Assembly: GCA_032718475.1 (NCBI GenBank) | Contig: JAUCBJ010000893.1 | Location: 1 to 37,254, forward strand | Direction: 5' to 3' | Source of the DNA: Nemertoderma westbladi | Taxonomy: Eukaryota > Animalia > Xenacoelomorpha | DNA length: 37,254 nucleotides | Shown: positions 10,420-21,888 of the stretch, piece by piece | How positions within the stretch are numbered: the first letter of the stretch is position 1 | Layout: every line of letters starts with the position of its first letter | Position numbers and translations under genes: made by a program | Notes under the pieces: generated by a model | Told to the model about the DNA's origin: nothing | What the model saw: only the letters and a program-made list of their open reading frames with translations | Databases searched by the model: none

Positions 10420-11422
10420 GTATGGTGACACATAACCATTTGAAGTGTTATGGGGCGTCCTCTCGGGAGACACACTTGCACCATTCTTGTTCATAATTGT
10501 GGTTGACTATGTTCTATGCATGTGCCTTAGATCATCATAATAATGATGGGGTGATGATAACTCCGCCTACTGGCTCCAGAAGTCGAGGAAATCCTGCCAA
10601 GTACCAAACTGATCTAGACTTTGCTGATGACTTAGGAGTACTGTCAGAATCACTAGAGGGAGCCCAACGGCTCCTCAGCTCATTAGAACATGCTTCTTCT
10701 AGCGTTGGTCTTTTTATTAACTCCAGAAAGACCAAAATTTTGACAGTTAACTTTGAAAGTTCTCAGCAAGTCTCTGATCGGATGAGCATAAGCTCAAGGG
10801 ATGGTATGCTTGAGCATGTGGACGACTTCTGTTACCTGGGATCATGGATCCGGAAGTCAGGTGAGGACCTTCGAATACGCATGGCCAGCCTTGAATAGGC
10901 TTTCCAGGATTTGGAGGTCACCGATAATTAATCGGAAACTTAAGGTCCGATTATTTAGAGAAGCAGTAGTTCCAGTACTCCTCTATGGGAATCCATGCTG
11001 GGCTCTAACTGCTGAGGACACCAAATCTCTGGATGGCACATTCACAAGAATGCTACGCCCGGTTCATTGTGTTCAGTACAATGCACACATCTCCAACCAG
11101 ACACTATATAACATTGGAGGTGTTTCATTGGTTCCCCCAAGCTTGACACTAGAACAAAATCGCCTCCGCTTTGCAGGACATTTCGCCGTGAGGACCAGCC
11201 AGTGCATAATCTTGTACTTTGGCAGCCTCATGGAGTGAATAAGCATGGTGGACAGCCCATGACTTTCTTGAGACGCACCTTAAAGGACACTCGCCTTGAA
11301 GATGCTCAAATGTCATGGGTGATAGGGAGTTGTGGCGGCGCAATTTTGTCGACAAGCCGGCACAGCATTCTTTAAAATGCAGCTGCAATGCAGCATGCCG
11401 ATACTAGTTGTAGTAGTAGTAG
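10420..11422 (+). mobile_element. 5'-truncated, decayed RTE-like non-LTR retrotransposon (RT 3' half)
   Basis: GVLSGDTLAPFLFIIVVD, DLDFADD, VDDFCYLGS and KLKVRLF..VVPVLLYG..CW motifs occur over frameshifts. Ends in a (TAG)n-type tail. Confidence 0.85.
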
Positions 11423-12985
11423 GAAACACAAAGAGCTTGAATATCGGAATTTATAATGCCTGGATTTATGTCTCTATAATTAAAAATAAATACTCGTTTT
11501 GTTTATACCTACTGTACTACACGTTCTTAGGGAGTCACGCAGCACGCGAACTTTAGCAAGTTCGAAACAAGTTCGATTTGATCTGGAGGCAAAAGTTCGA
11601 GAGGTATTTGCCCGTAACTTAAAAAAAAAATATTGGAACTTTTTCTCTTTTATGCCCATACAAAATTTAGTTGAAAATGTTTAAAATATTCAAAAGTTAT
11701 TTATGAAGGAATGTTTCATTACAAACAGACGGACGGAGAGACGTCCGCCTGTTTTTTTTACGTATTTACTAATTATCATAGTGCGTTAAGGCTCGCCTTT
11801 ACTACGTGGCTCGCCCCACAAGCGCAGAATACCACGATCACCAAATTTTGAAAATTTCGTGTATCACCAAATTTCGGTTCCAGAACGAAACATACCTGTT
11901 ATGCCTCAGAACTAAACATTAGATATATTGTACTGTATGTCCTACTCATCTCCACATCCAAAAAAGCGACGTTGATTAGGATTTGTATGGTTTTAGGCAA
12001 TTTTATAATTTGCTTTATAATTTTTTATTTTCAAAAATCCTGACCTGCGAGAAAGTGGTGAAAGTTAAGTGTAGTTGGGTGGAAGTGAGATAATGTTGAG
12101 TGTACTGTAGTTGGGTGATAGTTGGGTGGAGAATTGGGTGTAGTTGGGTGAAAGTTGGGTGTAGTTGGGTGAAAGTTGGGTATAGTTGGGGGTAGTTGGG
12201 TGAAAGTTGGGTGTAGTTGGGTGGAAGTGGAGTGTAGTTGGGTGAAAGTGAGTCAACGTTGAGTGTAGTTGGTTGGAGAGTTTGGTGTTCTGTTGGACTA
12301 ATCACGCAGTCAGGGCGAGCCTTAGCGCACAATTGCAATTAGTAAAAATAGGGAAAATTTATCTCCGTCGGTCGTTCTGTCCGCTTGTCTGTCTGTAATG
12401 AAAAATTCATTCGTAAGTAACTTTTGAAGATTTTAATCATTTTAAACCAAATTTTGTTAGGGCATAGGCCTAGTAGAGAAAACGTTCCAATATTTTTAAA
12501 AGTTACGGGCAAATACCTCTCGAACTTTTGACTCCAGATCAAATCGAACTTATTTCGAACTTGCTCAAGTTCACGTGCCTCGCGACGCCCCACGAAAACG
12601 TGTACTGTAGTAAAAACAAGTCATCGTACTCATAAGGTAACAAGGTACTTGTAAAAACAAGTATTTATTTTTATTTATAAAGATATAAATCCAGGCATTA
12701 TAAATTCCGATATTCAAGCACTTTGTGTTTCCTACTACTTCTACTTCTAGTATCGGCATGCTGCATTGCAGCTGCATTTTTAAGAATGCTGTGCCGGCTT
12801 GTCGACAAAATTGCGCCGCCACAACTCCCTATCACCCATGACATTTGCTAGATCATCCGCATCTTCAAGGCCAGTGTCCTTTAAGGTGCGTCTCAAGAAA
12901 GTGTCCAAGAAAGCTGTCCACCATGCTTATTCACTCCATGAGGCTGCCAAAGTACAAGATTATGCACTGGCTGGTCCTCACGGCG
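11184..12985. repeat. Large imperfect inverted duplication (arms ~11184-11800 and ~12315-12985)
   Basis: The LINE tail, flank and HINE-like element recur reverse-complemented (ORF-track peptides MAAQFCRQAGTAF.. appear on both strands). The outer breakpoint CGCCG at 11184 matches CGGCG ending at 12985. Confidence 0.85.
12060..12275. repeat. Tandem 10-11 bp repeat (AGTTGGGTGT/AGTTGGGTGAA)
   Basis: Directly visible tandem array. Confidence 0.9.
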
Positions 12986-13058
12986 TTTTGCTGCCAATGC
13001 TAACTGTATACAGAAATCTTATATTTTTATCGTATTATTATTCGGTTTCCATGCATAT

Positions 13059-16000
13059 AACACGTTCGTGGGGCCTTCGCGCAACACGAGGCCCAGTTAT
13101 GAGATACAAAAATAGACTTTTTTCGTCTAAGGTCTTTTTTGATTTGTGACTGTATCCCAAAATCAGGTTTTGAGAAATTTACCCACACCACCAATCAATC
13201 AAAGAAAGGGGGACAGTACGTGTTCACCCCTTTTATTCTCCCCACCCCCCCCCCCCCCCTTCCCAACCACCAATACATAACCGCGACATCTACCACAAAC
13301 GGAAGGGTATAACGAACTTATTTCCAATCGCACGTTCAATATGCAAAGCCAGGTGGTGTATAGGAATATAATCAACGCCGTACTCGTCTTAATGATTATA
13401 AGCGTCATTCATTGCGCTCGTCCTGTTTTGTATTTAAATATATTTCCTAAACGCAGCCTGACAATCTTTATCTGACAATCTTCGATACGTGCAATATGTA
13501 AAACCAGGAATGGTTTATAGGAATATAATAAACGCCATACTCGTCTTAATTATTATAAGCGTCGTTGCGCTCGTCCTAATACATACTGTAATATATCTCC
13601 TAAACGCAGACTGGCGATCTTTATAATTATCGATACATTCAATATACGAAGCCAGGTATGGTTTATAGGAATATAATCAACGCAGAACGCAGTACTAAAT
13701 GCAGTCGGTGCAGTAATGATATTCAAATAATTAATTTAATACCAGTACCCTCTGTGGGGCGAGCCACGAAGTGAGTGAGCCTTAGCGTAGTGGTACCATT
13801 AATCAACCTGTGGGGCGAGCCACGAAGTGAGTGAGCCTTAGCGTAGTGGTACCATTAATCAACCTGTCGTTCTGTCGTTCTGTCGTTCTGTCGTTCTGTC
13901 GTGTTCAATTTTAAACGTTAATAACTCAGCCAATCTTTGATGAAATCTATCCAAACTTGGTACACATGTTGTTTGGCAAAAGTTTAGAAATTTTCCAAGT
14001 AGAATTTCCGTGTGGCCTTCGAGAAGCTAAGATAATAGCAGTTAATTAGTTAATTAAGTTGATTACGGTGAAAACACCATTTTCAACCTGCCTTTTAAAG
14101 GAAATTAATTGTTTTACAGTATAAGATTTAAATAATTATAATTAAAAATTATACAGATGTAATCCACATACGCCATTCTATTATAGTTTTTAATTAGTTC
14201 AAGTGATTTGCTTTAATAATTGTGTCTTTAATTGATCTAAAGTAATTAAAACGGCATAAAAAATGGATTCTCATTAAATACTGATCATTTATTGGCCAAC
14301 TTGCAAGTTGGCTGGTACATAGATGGGGGATGTGTGTGTAAGGGAGCCAGTTGCTGGGAATGCCAGTGGAGGGGGGTTGTATGTAACTAGCCACACGGCT
14401 GCCAGCTAGACCTAACGAGATTGAAACCTGCATTCCCTACCTCCTATTACACTATAGAGTCTGTGTTCTTTAGTCTCAGGTAATAGACAGATCTCATTTA
14501 ATGATTGTCAGTCAATAAGATTACCACTGCAGAAGGCTTATATCCAAAATTGTTTATTTCTCAAAATATTATGCTTATTATTTTTTGATGGGATTTCTGT
14601 GTATTTTAATTGTCTAAGTTTTCAGAGGCATTAACAGTATATTAAATAAATTATTTGAATATCATTCATTACTGCATCGACTGTATTTAGTACTGCGTAG
14701 ATTATATTCCTATAAACCACCTGGCTTCGCATATTTAACGTGCGATTGGAAATAAGTTCGTGCTACCTTCCGTGGGTGGTAGATGTCGCGGTTATGTATT
14801 GGTGGGTGGGAAGGGTGGGGGGGGGGAGGGGTGGGGGGGGGGGGTGGGGTGGGGTGGGGGTGCAGATTAAAAGGGCTGAACACGTACTGTCCCTCTTTTT
14901 TTGATTGATTGGCGGTGTGGTTAAATTTCTAAATTTTACTAATTTATAAAGCTAAATACTGATTTTGTGATACAGTCGCTCGATATTAATTTGTATCTCA
15001 TAACTGGGCCTCGTGCTGCGCGAAGGCCCCACGAACGTGTCGTTCTGTCGTTCTGTCGTTCTGTCGTTCTGTCGTGTTCAATTTTAAACGTTAATAACTC
15101 GGCCAATCTTTGATGAAATCTATCCAAACTTGGTACACATGTTGTTTGGCAAAAGTTTAGAAATTTTCCAAGTAGAATTTCCGTGTGGCCTTCGAGAAGC
15201 TAAGATAATAGCAGTTAATTAGTTAATTAAGTTATTACGGTAAAAACACCATTTTCAACCTGCCTTTTAAAGGAAATTAATTGTTTTACAGTATAAGATT
15301 TAAATAATTATAATTAAAAATTATACAGATGTAATCCCCATACGCCATTCTATTATAGTTTTTAATTAGTTCAAGTGATTTGCTTTAATAATTGTGTCTT
15401 TAATTGATCTAAAGTAATTAAAACGGCAAAAAAAATTTATTCTCATTAAATACTGCTCATTTATTGGCCAACATGCTGGTACATAGATGGGATGTGTGTG
15501 TCATTCCCAGTTGCTGGGAATGATTATTGGTCAAGTCTCTGCTGCTGGCTGGGAGTTGTTGCTAAGACTAACCAGAGAGGAATAGTAATAGACAACCAGT
15601 ATTGCTATTCCAGCCCAGACAGCATTCTTTAAATTCACTATAAATGTTGTATTGCTATCTCAGGTGAATGACAGATATCATAACATAAATACTATCCATG
15701 GCATGGCTGTTGTGTAGGCTTCTGAAATAGTTTATTCCACAATGTATATGTCTGGTTATTTTTTAATTGAATTTTTGCAAAGTAGTAAAATTAATGTTCT
15801 TAAAAATAATATTATTATTTTATATGTAACCTAGGAAATTAGCTACATTTTTTCGCTGCAGCTTTAAGAGTGTACATTAATTTAATATTATTTCAATACC
15901 CATATTACTACATCGGCATAAGATGCGTTGGCGTTGTATCACACATCTCCACATATCACACATATCCACATAGATGTATCAACAGTTACTCGCACAGTTT

Positions 16001-16562
16001 CGAAACTTCGCATAGTTATAACTGTATAAAGATCGTCAGTCTGCGTTTAGGAAAAATATTTTATAACAAAACAGGACAAGCGACGAGCGCAACGAGGCAT
16101 ATAATGAAGACGAGTACTGCGTTGACTAAATTATTATATAAACCACCTGGCTTCACATATTGATCGCATCCCTAGTCATTATTATTATAAAGAACGTCCT
16201 AGCCTGCGTTTAAGAAATATATTTAAATACAAAACAGGACGAACGCAACGAGGCTTATAATGAATACGAGTACTGCGTTTATTATATTCCTATAAACCAC
16301 CTGGCTTTGCATATTGAACGTGCGATTGGAAATAAGTTCGTGCTACCCTTCCGTGGGTGGTAGATGTCGCGGTTATGTATTGGTGGTTGGGAAGGGTGGG
16401 GGGGGGGGATTAAAAGGGGTGAACACGTACTGTCCCCCTTTCTTTGATTGATTGGTGGTGTGGGTAAATTTCTCAAAACCTGATTTTGTGATACAGTCGC
16501 TCAATTTTAATTTGTATCTCATAACTGGGCCTCGTGCTGCGCGAAGGCCCCACGAACGTGTT
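13059..16562. mobile_element. Cluster of non-autonomous Helentron/HINE (DINE-1-like) elements: inverted partial copy 13059-~13745, copies ~13752-15040 and ~15038-16562
   Basis: (CTGTCGTT)n microsatellite followed by a shared ~450-bp core, ~150-bp internal tandem subrepeats, and a GC-rich terminal hairpin GGGCCTCGTGCTGCGCGAAGGCCC ending at GTGTT. GTGGGGC/GCCCCAC subterminal inverted motif. No coding capacity. Confidence 0.65.
13752..13867. repeat. Exact 56-bp tandem duplication of the putative HINE 5' end
   Basis: CTGTGGGGCGAGCCACGAAG...AATCAAC occurs at 13752 and 13808. Confidence 0.9.
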
Positions 16563-17259
16563 AATGCCTCGTGTAAAAACTTAGACAATTCAACGAAAGA
16601 AATCCCATCAAAAAATAATAAGCCTAATATTTCAGTATTTATGAGGAAAAAACAAGTATGGATATAAGCTAGGCTAGGCCTATTCATCATTCAAATAACT
16701 GTAATAGGGATATTTTATTACAGTTATATTTTATTACACATTTACAGTACCGGTACCGGTATTTGTTTATTAACCAATGTAAAATCAATGTAGGCGCTAC
16801 TGCCTACTGCCAGACTGCCCTAGACTGCTAGACAGCTAGAAAGAAAAACTGATAAAATTATGGAAATAAATAATCTAGAGTCAGTCACTCAGTCAGTATG
16901 TTGGAGTTTGGTGGAGTACACATAGCTGCACAGTCTGACTCTGACAGTACAGCAGCAGTACAAGTACAAGTCCAAAATGTTAGATTTTGTCCGGAATTTG
17001 GTGAGCTAACCCTACACAGCTACAGGAAGGCCTACCTGCCTACTAAACTGCTAAAAGACTACTCTATTTACTACTACCGGTACTCTTTCTTTAGTAGGCC
17101 TACTGTAGTACCGGCAGACCGGTACCGTACAGTCAGACACAGACTTGTCAGGGTCAGACAGTAGTAGGTCTTGCCCTACAGCCCTACAGATGTCAGATGT
17201 AGTTTGCATCATTGCATGCTGGCATGACAGCATGCTGACATGAATATACAGTCAGACTA

Positions 17260-18323
17260 CAGTCGGCTGGTGAGAAGTTCTATTTTCAACTGAGTTGAAA
17301 TTTCAACTTTATTTTTTAAAATTCAACTTTTTATTAAAATTAAACTTTTGGAGTAGGCCTACCTACCGGTCAGCCGGTAGGCCTAGAGTTTAAAATTCAA
17401 CTTTTTTTTTTAAATTCAACTTTTAGAGTCGCTTTGGAAATACTGAAATGTGGAATTAGAATCCATTACTGCAGTACTGGTAGGCCTATTCCATTGTATA
17501 ATAATATTGACATTCAGCGGTACCGGTAATTAAATACATCTAATAAATTCCCGTAGTCTGGTAGGCCTAGGCCTAGCTGCCTAGTATTTCAGCTAATTTG
17601 CAAATGTAATGTAATCACTTAAAATGTTTAAAAAAAAGTGTTCCCGACGGTGAAAGTTTGTATTCCATCGGTCAGTCGGTCAGTCTGTCAGTCGGTGGTC
17701 GGTAATGACAGAATGAGGGTTAATTTTTCGATATACATCCATACAGCCATAAAAACAACAAAAACACGGGTCCTACGAATTACCCCAAAATACCCCAAAA
17801 CACCCCAAAATACCCCAAAATACTCCAAAATACCCCAAAATAGTCAAATATTACCCCAAAATACCCCAAAAAGGCTAAAAAATTACCCCAAAATACCCCA
17901 AACTAAGCTAACCATGTTTTTTAACAGCGAGGGAAAGGAGCAGGTTACAGTGGCAAGTTTTTTTAACCAAAACAATAAACGAGAGTGAAGAAAAAAATTT
18001 TAATTATTTTGGGGTAATTCGTCATTATTTTGGGGTAATTCGTCATTTTGCCATATTTTGGGGTAAATTAAATTTCCAAAACAAAGGCTGAAAAAAAAGT
18101 ATTTTGGGGTAATTCTAAACTATTTTGGGGTATTTTGGGGTAATTCTAAACTATTTTGGGGTATTTTGGGGTAGTTTTATACTATTTTGGGGTCTTTTGG
18201 GGTGTTTTGGGGTATTTTGGGGTGTTTTGGGGTATTTTGGGGTAATTCGTAGGACCGCAAAAACACCTTTTTTTTTAAATTTTAAATTTCAACTCAGTTG
18301 AAATTTGAACTTCTTCCCGACTG
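17260..18323. mobile_element. Non-autonomous TIR element (MITE-like) with 5-bp TSD
   Basis: Termini CAGTCGG / CCGACTG with an extended imperfect inverted repeat (GAAGTTC..TTTCAACTGAGTTGAAATTT). GACTA flanks both ends (17255-17259, 18324-18328). Confidence 0.65.
17768..18257. mobile_element. Foldback/Mutator-like MITE with 9-bp TSD, nested in the previous element
   Basis: TIRs GGTCCTACGAATTACCCC continue into (TACCCCAAAA)n arrays in opposite orientation. TSD CAAAAACAC at 17759-17767 and 18258-18266. Confidence 0.85.
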
Positions 18324-18685
18324 GACTAGGCCTACACTGACCCCTACCATACTGCCATACGACGATATCATATTATAGGCCTAGCAGTATAGGCCTACTG
18401 GCAACGGGTAGGCCTATCAGCCTATTATACATAGCCTAGGCCTATCAGCCTATAAATAGAAAATAAGGCAGTCAGGCAGTTTAGCAGAGCAATAACAGAA
18501 TAAGGTACTGCAATAACCAGACAGCCAGATAACTGAATAACTGAGTAAGGCTTAACTGCTTAAGGGTAAGGCGAAAGGAGATATCGACTGACTGACTGAT
18601 ATTGATATACAGATATACTGATATACGGTACGACAGTACGAGGTACGATGATATTTATTTTGCTTTAAAGGGCAGATAATCAGAT

Positions 18686-21600
18686 ATGGACACATTATCA
18701 GCTGGTCAGGTGCGATTACACTCTGTTGGTTGGGGAAGCTGTGTCCTTTGCAACATAAGCTTCAAATGTGTCGACGAGTTCTGCTTGCACCTTCGGGAAA
18801 AACACTGTAGCCAAGAGGGTGGGTCATATGTGTGCCGTTACGGAGTCAATAATGTATGCAGTTCGTTACCGATAGAGGGTGTCGACGATAAAGATTATGA
18901 GGGTCATGTGGTCCGAAACCATGGCTGCGTTCTAGACTCGACAGTTAAGCTCTCTAGGAGTAGAGAGTGCAGTCTTAGCAGCTCGGGGTCTCCTCTAAGT
19001 GGCGCTAACAACTGGACTGTTTACGATGCCTGTGTAAATCTCGCCTCTGTGTTAAACGACCCCAGACGAACTAGGCGGGAAGCTACTGACTTCTTCACTA
19101 AAACCTGGGGTGATTCATTCGACAGCGACAAAATTAATCATCACCAAATGTTACCGACTATTTCTAGGAAACAATTCGATTTTTATATTCAAAACGTTGT
19201 GAAAAAAACTAAGAAGCAGCAGAGAAAACAAATAAAGTCTGTTAGCAGTGATAATAAAGTAAATGAGACAGAATCACGTTTACCTCCCCCTCCGTCCAAC
19301 TCAGAATTACAATCTGTCCCCCAATTATTTATGGCCGCTAATTTTAACCTCAGAGACTCCCAAACATTCCAGAACGTTCTCCTATCCTCCAACTCGAACC
19401 CCAAAACCCCCAAACTTATACAAGAGAAGTTATCCCATTATCTTGACATTGTAGAAGTCCAGTTGGCCCATCAGATCTCTTTGAGAGCTGACGCGTTCTT
19501 CGCGGCTGTAACCAGCCAGGAGCGACTCCAACGCGACATTGTGGCGGCTCGACAACTCGTCTTGCAGTCCCGACGGCATCTCAACTCGAGTGCCCAGACT
19601 ACCTCGAGTAACGCGTTATCTCTACTCCGATTGGCCCGTCTCCGAGCCAATCACGCGTCGCTCCACGAGAAACTCAACCTAGTCGCAACGGTCCACCAGA
19701 CCCAGTCTACTATCCAACTACTCCTAGCGGGTAGCGAATACGTCGGGGCTCTCGACCTTATCGAGACGAGCCAAGCGGTGCTCGCCAACGAGTTGCTTGG
19801 GGTCTACGCATTCCGGCATCTCGCGAGCCAACTCTCCGAGATGCGAGGCGTCATTAAACTCATGCTCCAATCCGAGTTCACCAAGTACATTAGAATGGAC
19901 CTGTTGCGTCCGCTAGAAGGCGAACCCTCATTACACGACGAGGACGCTTTACTCGCTATACTATTTGGGTTGGTTCGTTTAGGAAGAACCGACTTCCTAG
20001 ACGAATTCGATAAAGAGTGTAGCGACATTATAATAGCCGCTATCAAAGAGACTATAATATCGTTGATCTCGGACGATGACTCTGTAGACGCCTCGTCTAT
20101 TCCTTCCCATATTAAGTCGCTCGACTTCCCGCAGTGGATTGGTTTGCTTCAGGAGGTTGTTGAAAACCTCTTCATGCTCCTCGGTAGGATTCGATGTTTC
20201 CTCGACGCCACCGTTCGTGTTTTTTGTCTAGCGGCCGATGTCGAGTTCCTCGGGGATTGGAATCGGAATGCGGGGGTTGCTGAGACGCCCGGTCGCGGGA
20301 AGGGGGGATCCCCTGGGCATCGGAGGAGCGGCAGTACGGGGGCGGTGGTGGGGGGAGTAGAAGGGGGGAAAGGGGAGGTAGAGGGGGAAAAAGGGACGGA
20401 GCAGGGGGCCACAGAGGGCGGGGACATATGGAGGGAAACAATGAAAGAAGGAGAGATTTTGAGGAAGGAAGGGATGAAATTGGTCGAAGAATTCCCTAAC
20501 CTTTCGGTTGCTAAGGAACCAGTTGTTGTCGATGATTTCTCGACGGCTTATAAGATCTCTGGTTCGTCGCTCTCCAAGTTCCTCCTTAAGAGTCGTCAGG
20601 TTCTCCACCATCTCAGTGACTTCGCCCAGGACCGGGTCGTTAAACTCGTCGCGGTCCGCTACCGAACCGCCTCAGACTCTGAGCGACTTGGCTCGGACGA
20701 GCTGGTCCGCCTGCTCAGTGTCGAGGAGGCATTCCTCTCACGGTGCGAGACGGTCTCCGGGCGACGCGGGGCCGCACTGCGCTCCGCCGTGCAGACCCAG
20801 TCCGCGCGGTGGGTCGCCAGGTTCCACGAGAACCACCGCGTTAAACTCAACCTCATCCTGGACTCGGAACGCTGGCGACCCGCCGAGGTACCGCGAGAGT
20901 TCCAACTCCTCGCCGATCGGGTCTCTCTCTCCGGGTTCAACGACTCCGACGACCGAGTCGAACCCCAGAGGAATCCATCCGCTCCCTCGGGGAATCCATC
21001 CGCTCCCTCGGGGAATCTCTCCGCTCCCTCGGGGAATCTATCCGCTCCCTCGGGGAATCCCTCCTCTCCCTCGGTGAGTCCTTCTGCTCCATCGGAGTTC
21101 CTCCTTCTTCATTCCGAGGAGTTCTCCGTCTCCGGGACCGCGTTAATGCTCCTCCGTATGGTGGAGGAGTATGCGCGCTGCGCGGGAAGCCTCCCTACCG
21201 TAGCCGCTGACCTCTCCGCTAAAACCGCTGACCTCCTTAAGATGTACAACTCGCGATCCTGCCAGTTGGTCCTCGGCGCCGGTGCAATCCAACTGGTCGG
21301 ACTCAAGACAATAACGACCCGAAACCTCGCGCTGGCCTCCCGCAGCCTCCAGCTGGCACTCCGCTACCTCCCGGACCTCCGTAGGTTCTATACCGAATTG
21401 CTCCCGTGCAAGCAGCGCTCCTTGCTGAAACAGTTGGACCACGCGGAACGGGACTACACGAACCATGTCGAGGAGATATCAAGTAAACTCGTCTACATCA
21501 TCGAGCACTCGATAGACGCGCAGATGCGACACTACGAGGTGCGCGCCCCGGCCCCCGGCGCGGTAATCCGCGCAGTCTGTAAGAGTCTCTCCAAGTTCCA

Positions 21601-21838
21601 CGAGAGCGTGGGGTCTCTGTTGCCGCGGGAGCAGCTTCTCGAGTTGTTCGTACGACTGCACTCTGTTCTGGTGGACCAGCTCCGACGCCGGTTGATCGAG
21701 ACCAACGTTACCAACGACGGCGGACCGCAGCACGCTTTACTCATCGCCGATTTCGCTTTCTATAAATCCTCCATACAGAATCTAGCGGGACTCTCCAGTC
21801 TGGAATTATCATTCAACGATTTGTGGCCCAACAGGTAA
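18686..21838 (+). CDS. VPS54: Vacuolar protein sorting-associated protein 54 (GARP complex subunit), single-exon ORF
   Basis: Hallmark motifs QEKLSHYLDIVEVQLAHQIS, LILDSERW and YNSRSCQLVLGAGA..GLKTITTRNLALASRSLQL. N-terminal Cys/His segment (EGGSYVCRYG.NNVCSSLP) as in invertebrate VPS54. Confidence 0.95.
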   Translation: MDTLSAGQVRLHSVGWGSCVLCNISFKCVDEFCLHLREKHCSQEGGSYVCRYGVNNVCSSLPIEGVDDKDYEGHVVRNHGCVLDSTVKLSRSRECSLSSSGSPLSGANNWTVYDACVNLASVLNDPRRTRREATDFFTKTWGDSFDSDKINHHQMLPTISRKQFDFYIQNVVKKTKKQQRKQIKSVSSDNKVNETESRLPPPPSNSELQSVPQLFMAANFNLRDSQTFQNVLLSSNSNPKTPKLIQEKLSHYLDIVEVQLAHQISLRADAFFAAVTSQERLQRDIVAARQLVLQSRRHLNSSAQTTSSNALSLLRLARLRANHASLHEKLNLVATVHQTQSTIQLLLAGSEYVGALDLIETSQAVLANELLGVYAFRHLASQLSEMRGVIKLMLQSEFTKYIRMDLLRPLEGEPSLHDEDALLAILFGLVRLGRTDFLDEFDKECSDIIIAAIKETIISLISDDDSVDASSIPSHIKSLDFPQWIGLLQEVVENLFMLLGRIRCFLDATVRVFCLAADVEFLGDWNRNAGVAETPGRGKGGSPGHRRSGSTGAVVGGVEGGKGEVEGEKGTEQGATEGGDIWRETMKEGEILRKEGMKLVEEFPNLSVAKEPVVVDDFSTAYKISGSSLSKFLLKSRQVLHHLSDFAQDRVVKLVAVRYRTASDSERLGSDELVRLLSVEEAFLSRCETVSGRRGAALRSAVQTQSARWVARFHENHRVKLNLILDSERWRPAEVPREFQLLADRVSLSGFNDSDDRVEPQRNPSAPSGNPSAPSGNLSAPSGNLSAPSGNPSSPSVSPSAPSEFLLLHSEEFSVSGTALMLLRMVEEYARCAGSLPTVAADLSAKTADLLKMYNSRSCQLVLGAGAIQLVGLKTITTRNLALASRSLQLALRYLPDLRRFYTELLPCKQRSLLKQLDHAERDYTNHVEEISSKLVYIIEHSIDAQMRHYEVRAPAPGAVIRAVCKSLSKFHESVGSLLPREQLLELFVRLHSVLVDQLRRRLIETNVTNDGGPQHALLIADFAFYKSSIQNLAGLSSLELSFNDLWPNR
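20970..21092 (+). repeat. In-frame 21-bp coding minisatellite in VPS54 (GNPSAPS, ~5-6 units)
   Basis: GGGGAATCCATCCGCTCCCTC repeated in tandem. Confidence 0.9.
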
Positions 21839-21888
21839 CCAATTTCCTCTCAGTTGGGAGTTTCAGACGCCAAATGATTAATCAAATT

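Noticed and set aside
12060-12275. Telomere-like TTGGG repeats suggesting a chromosome end or Penelope telomere target
   Set aside because: The period is 10-11 bp and irregular, the array is internal, and it is far from the Penelope insertion.
14800-14862. G-quadruplex-capable G-run tract
   Set aside because: A simple expansion of the poly-G tract present in all copies of the HINE-like repeat; no evidence of function.
11332-17988. Numerous 60-116 aa ORFs in the repeat cluster
   Set aside because: They are translations of microsatellites and non-coding repeats, mostly with non-ATG starts.
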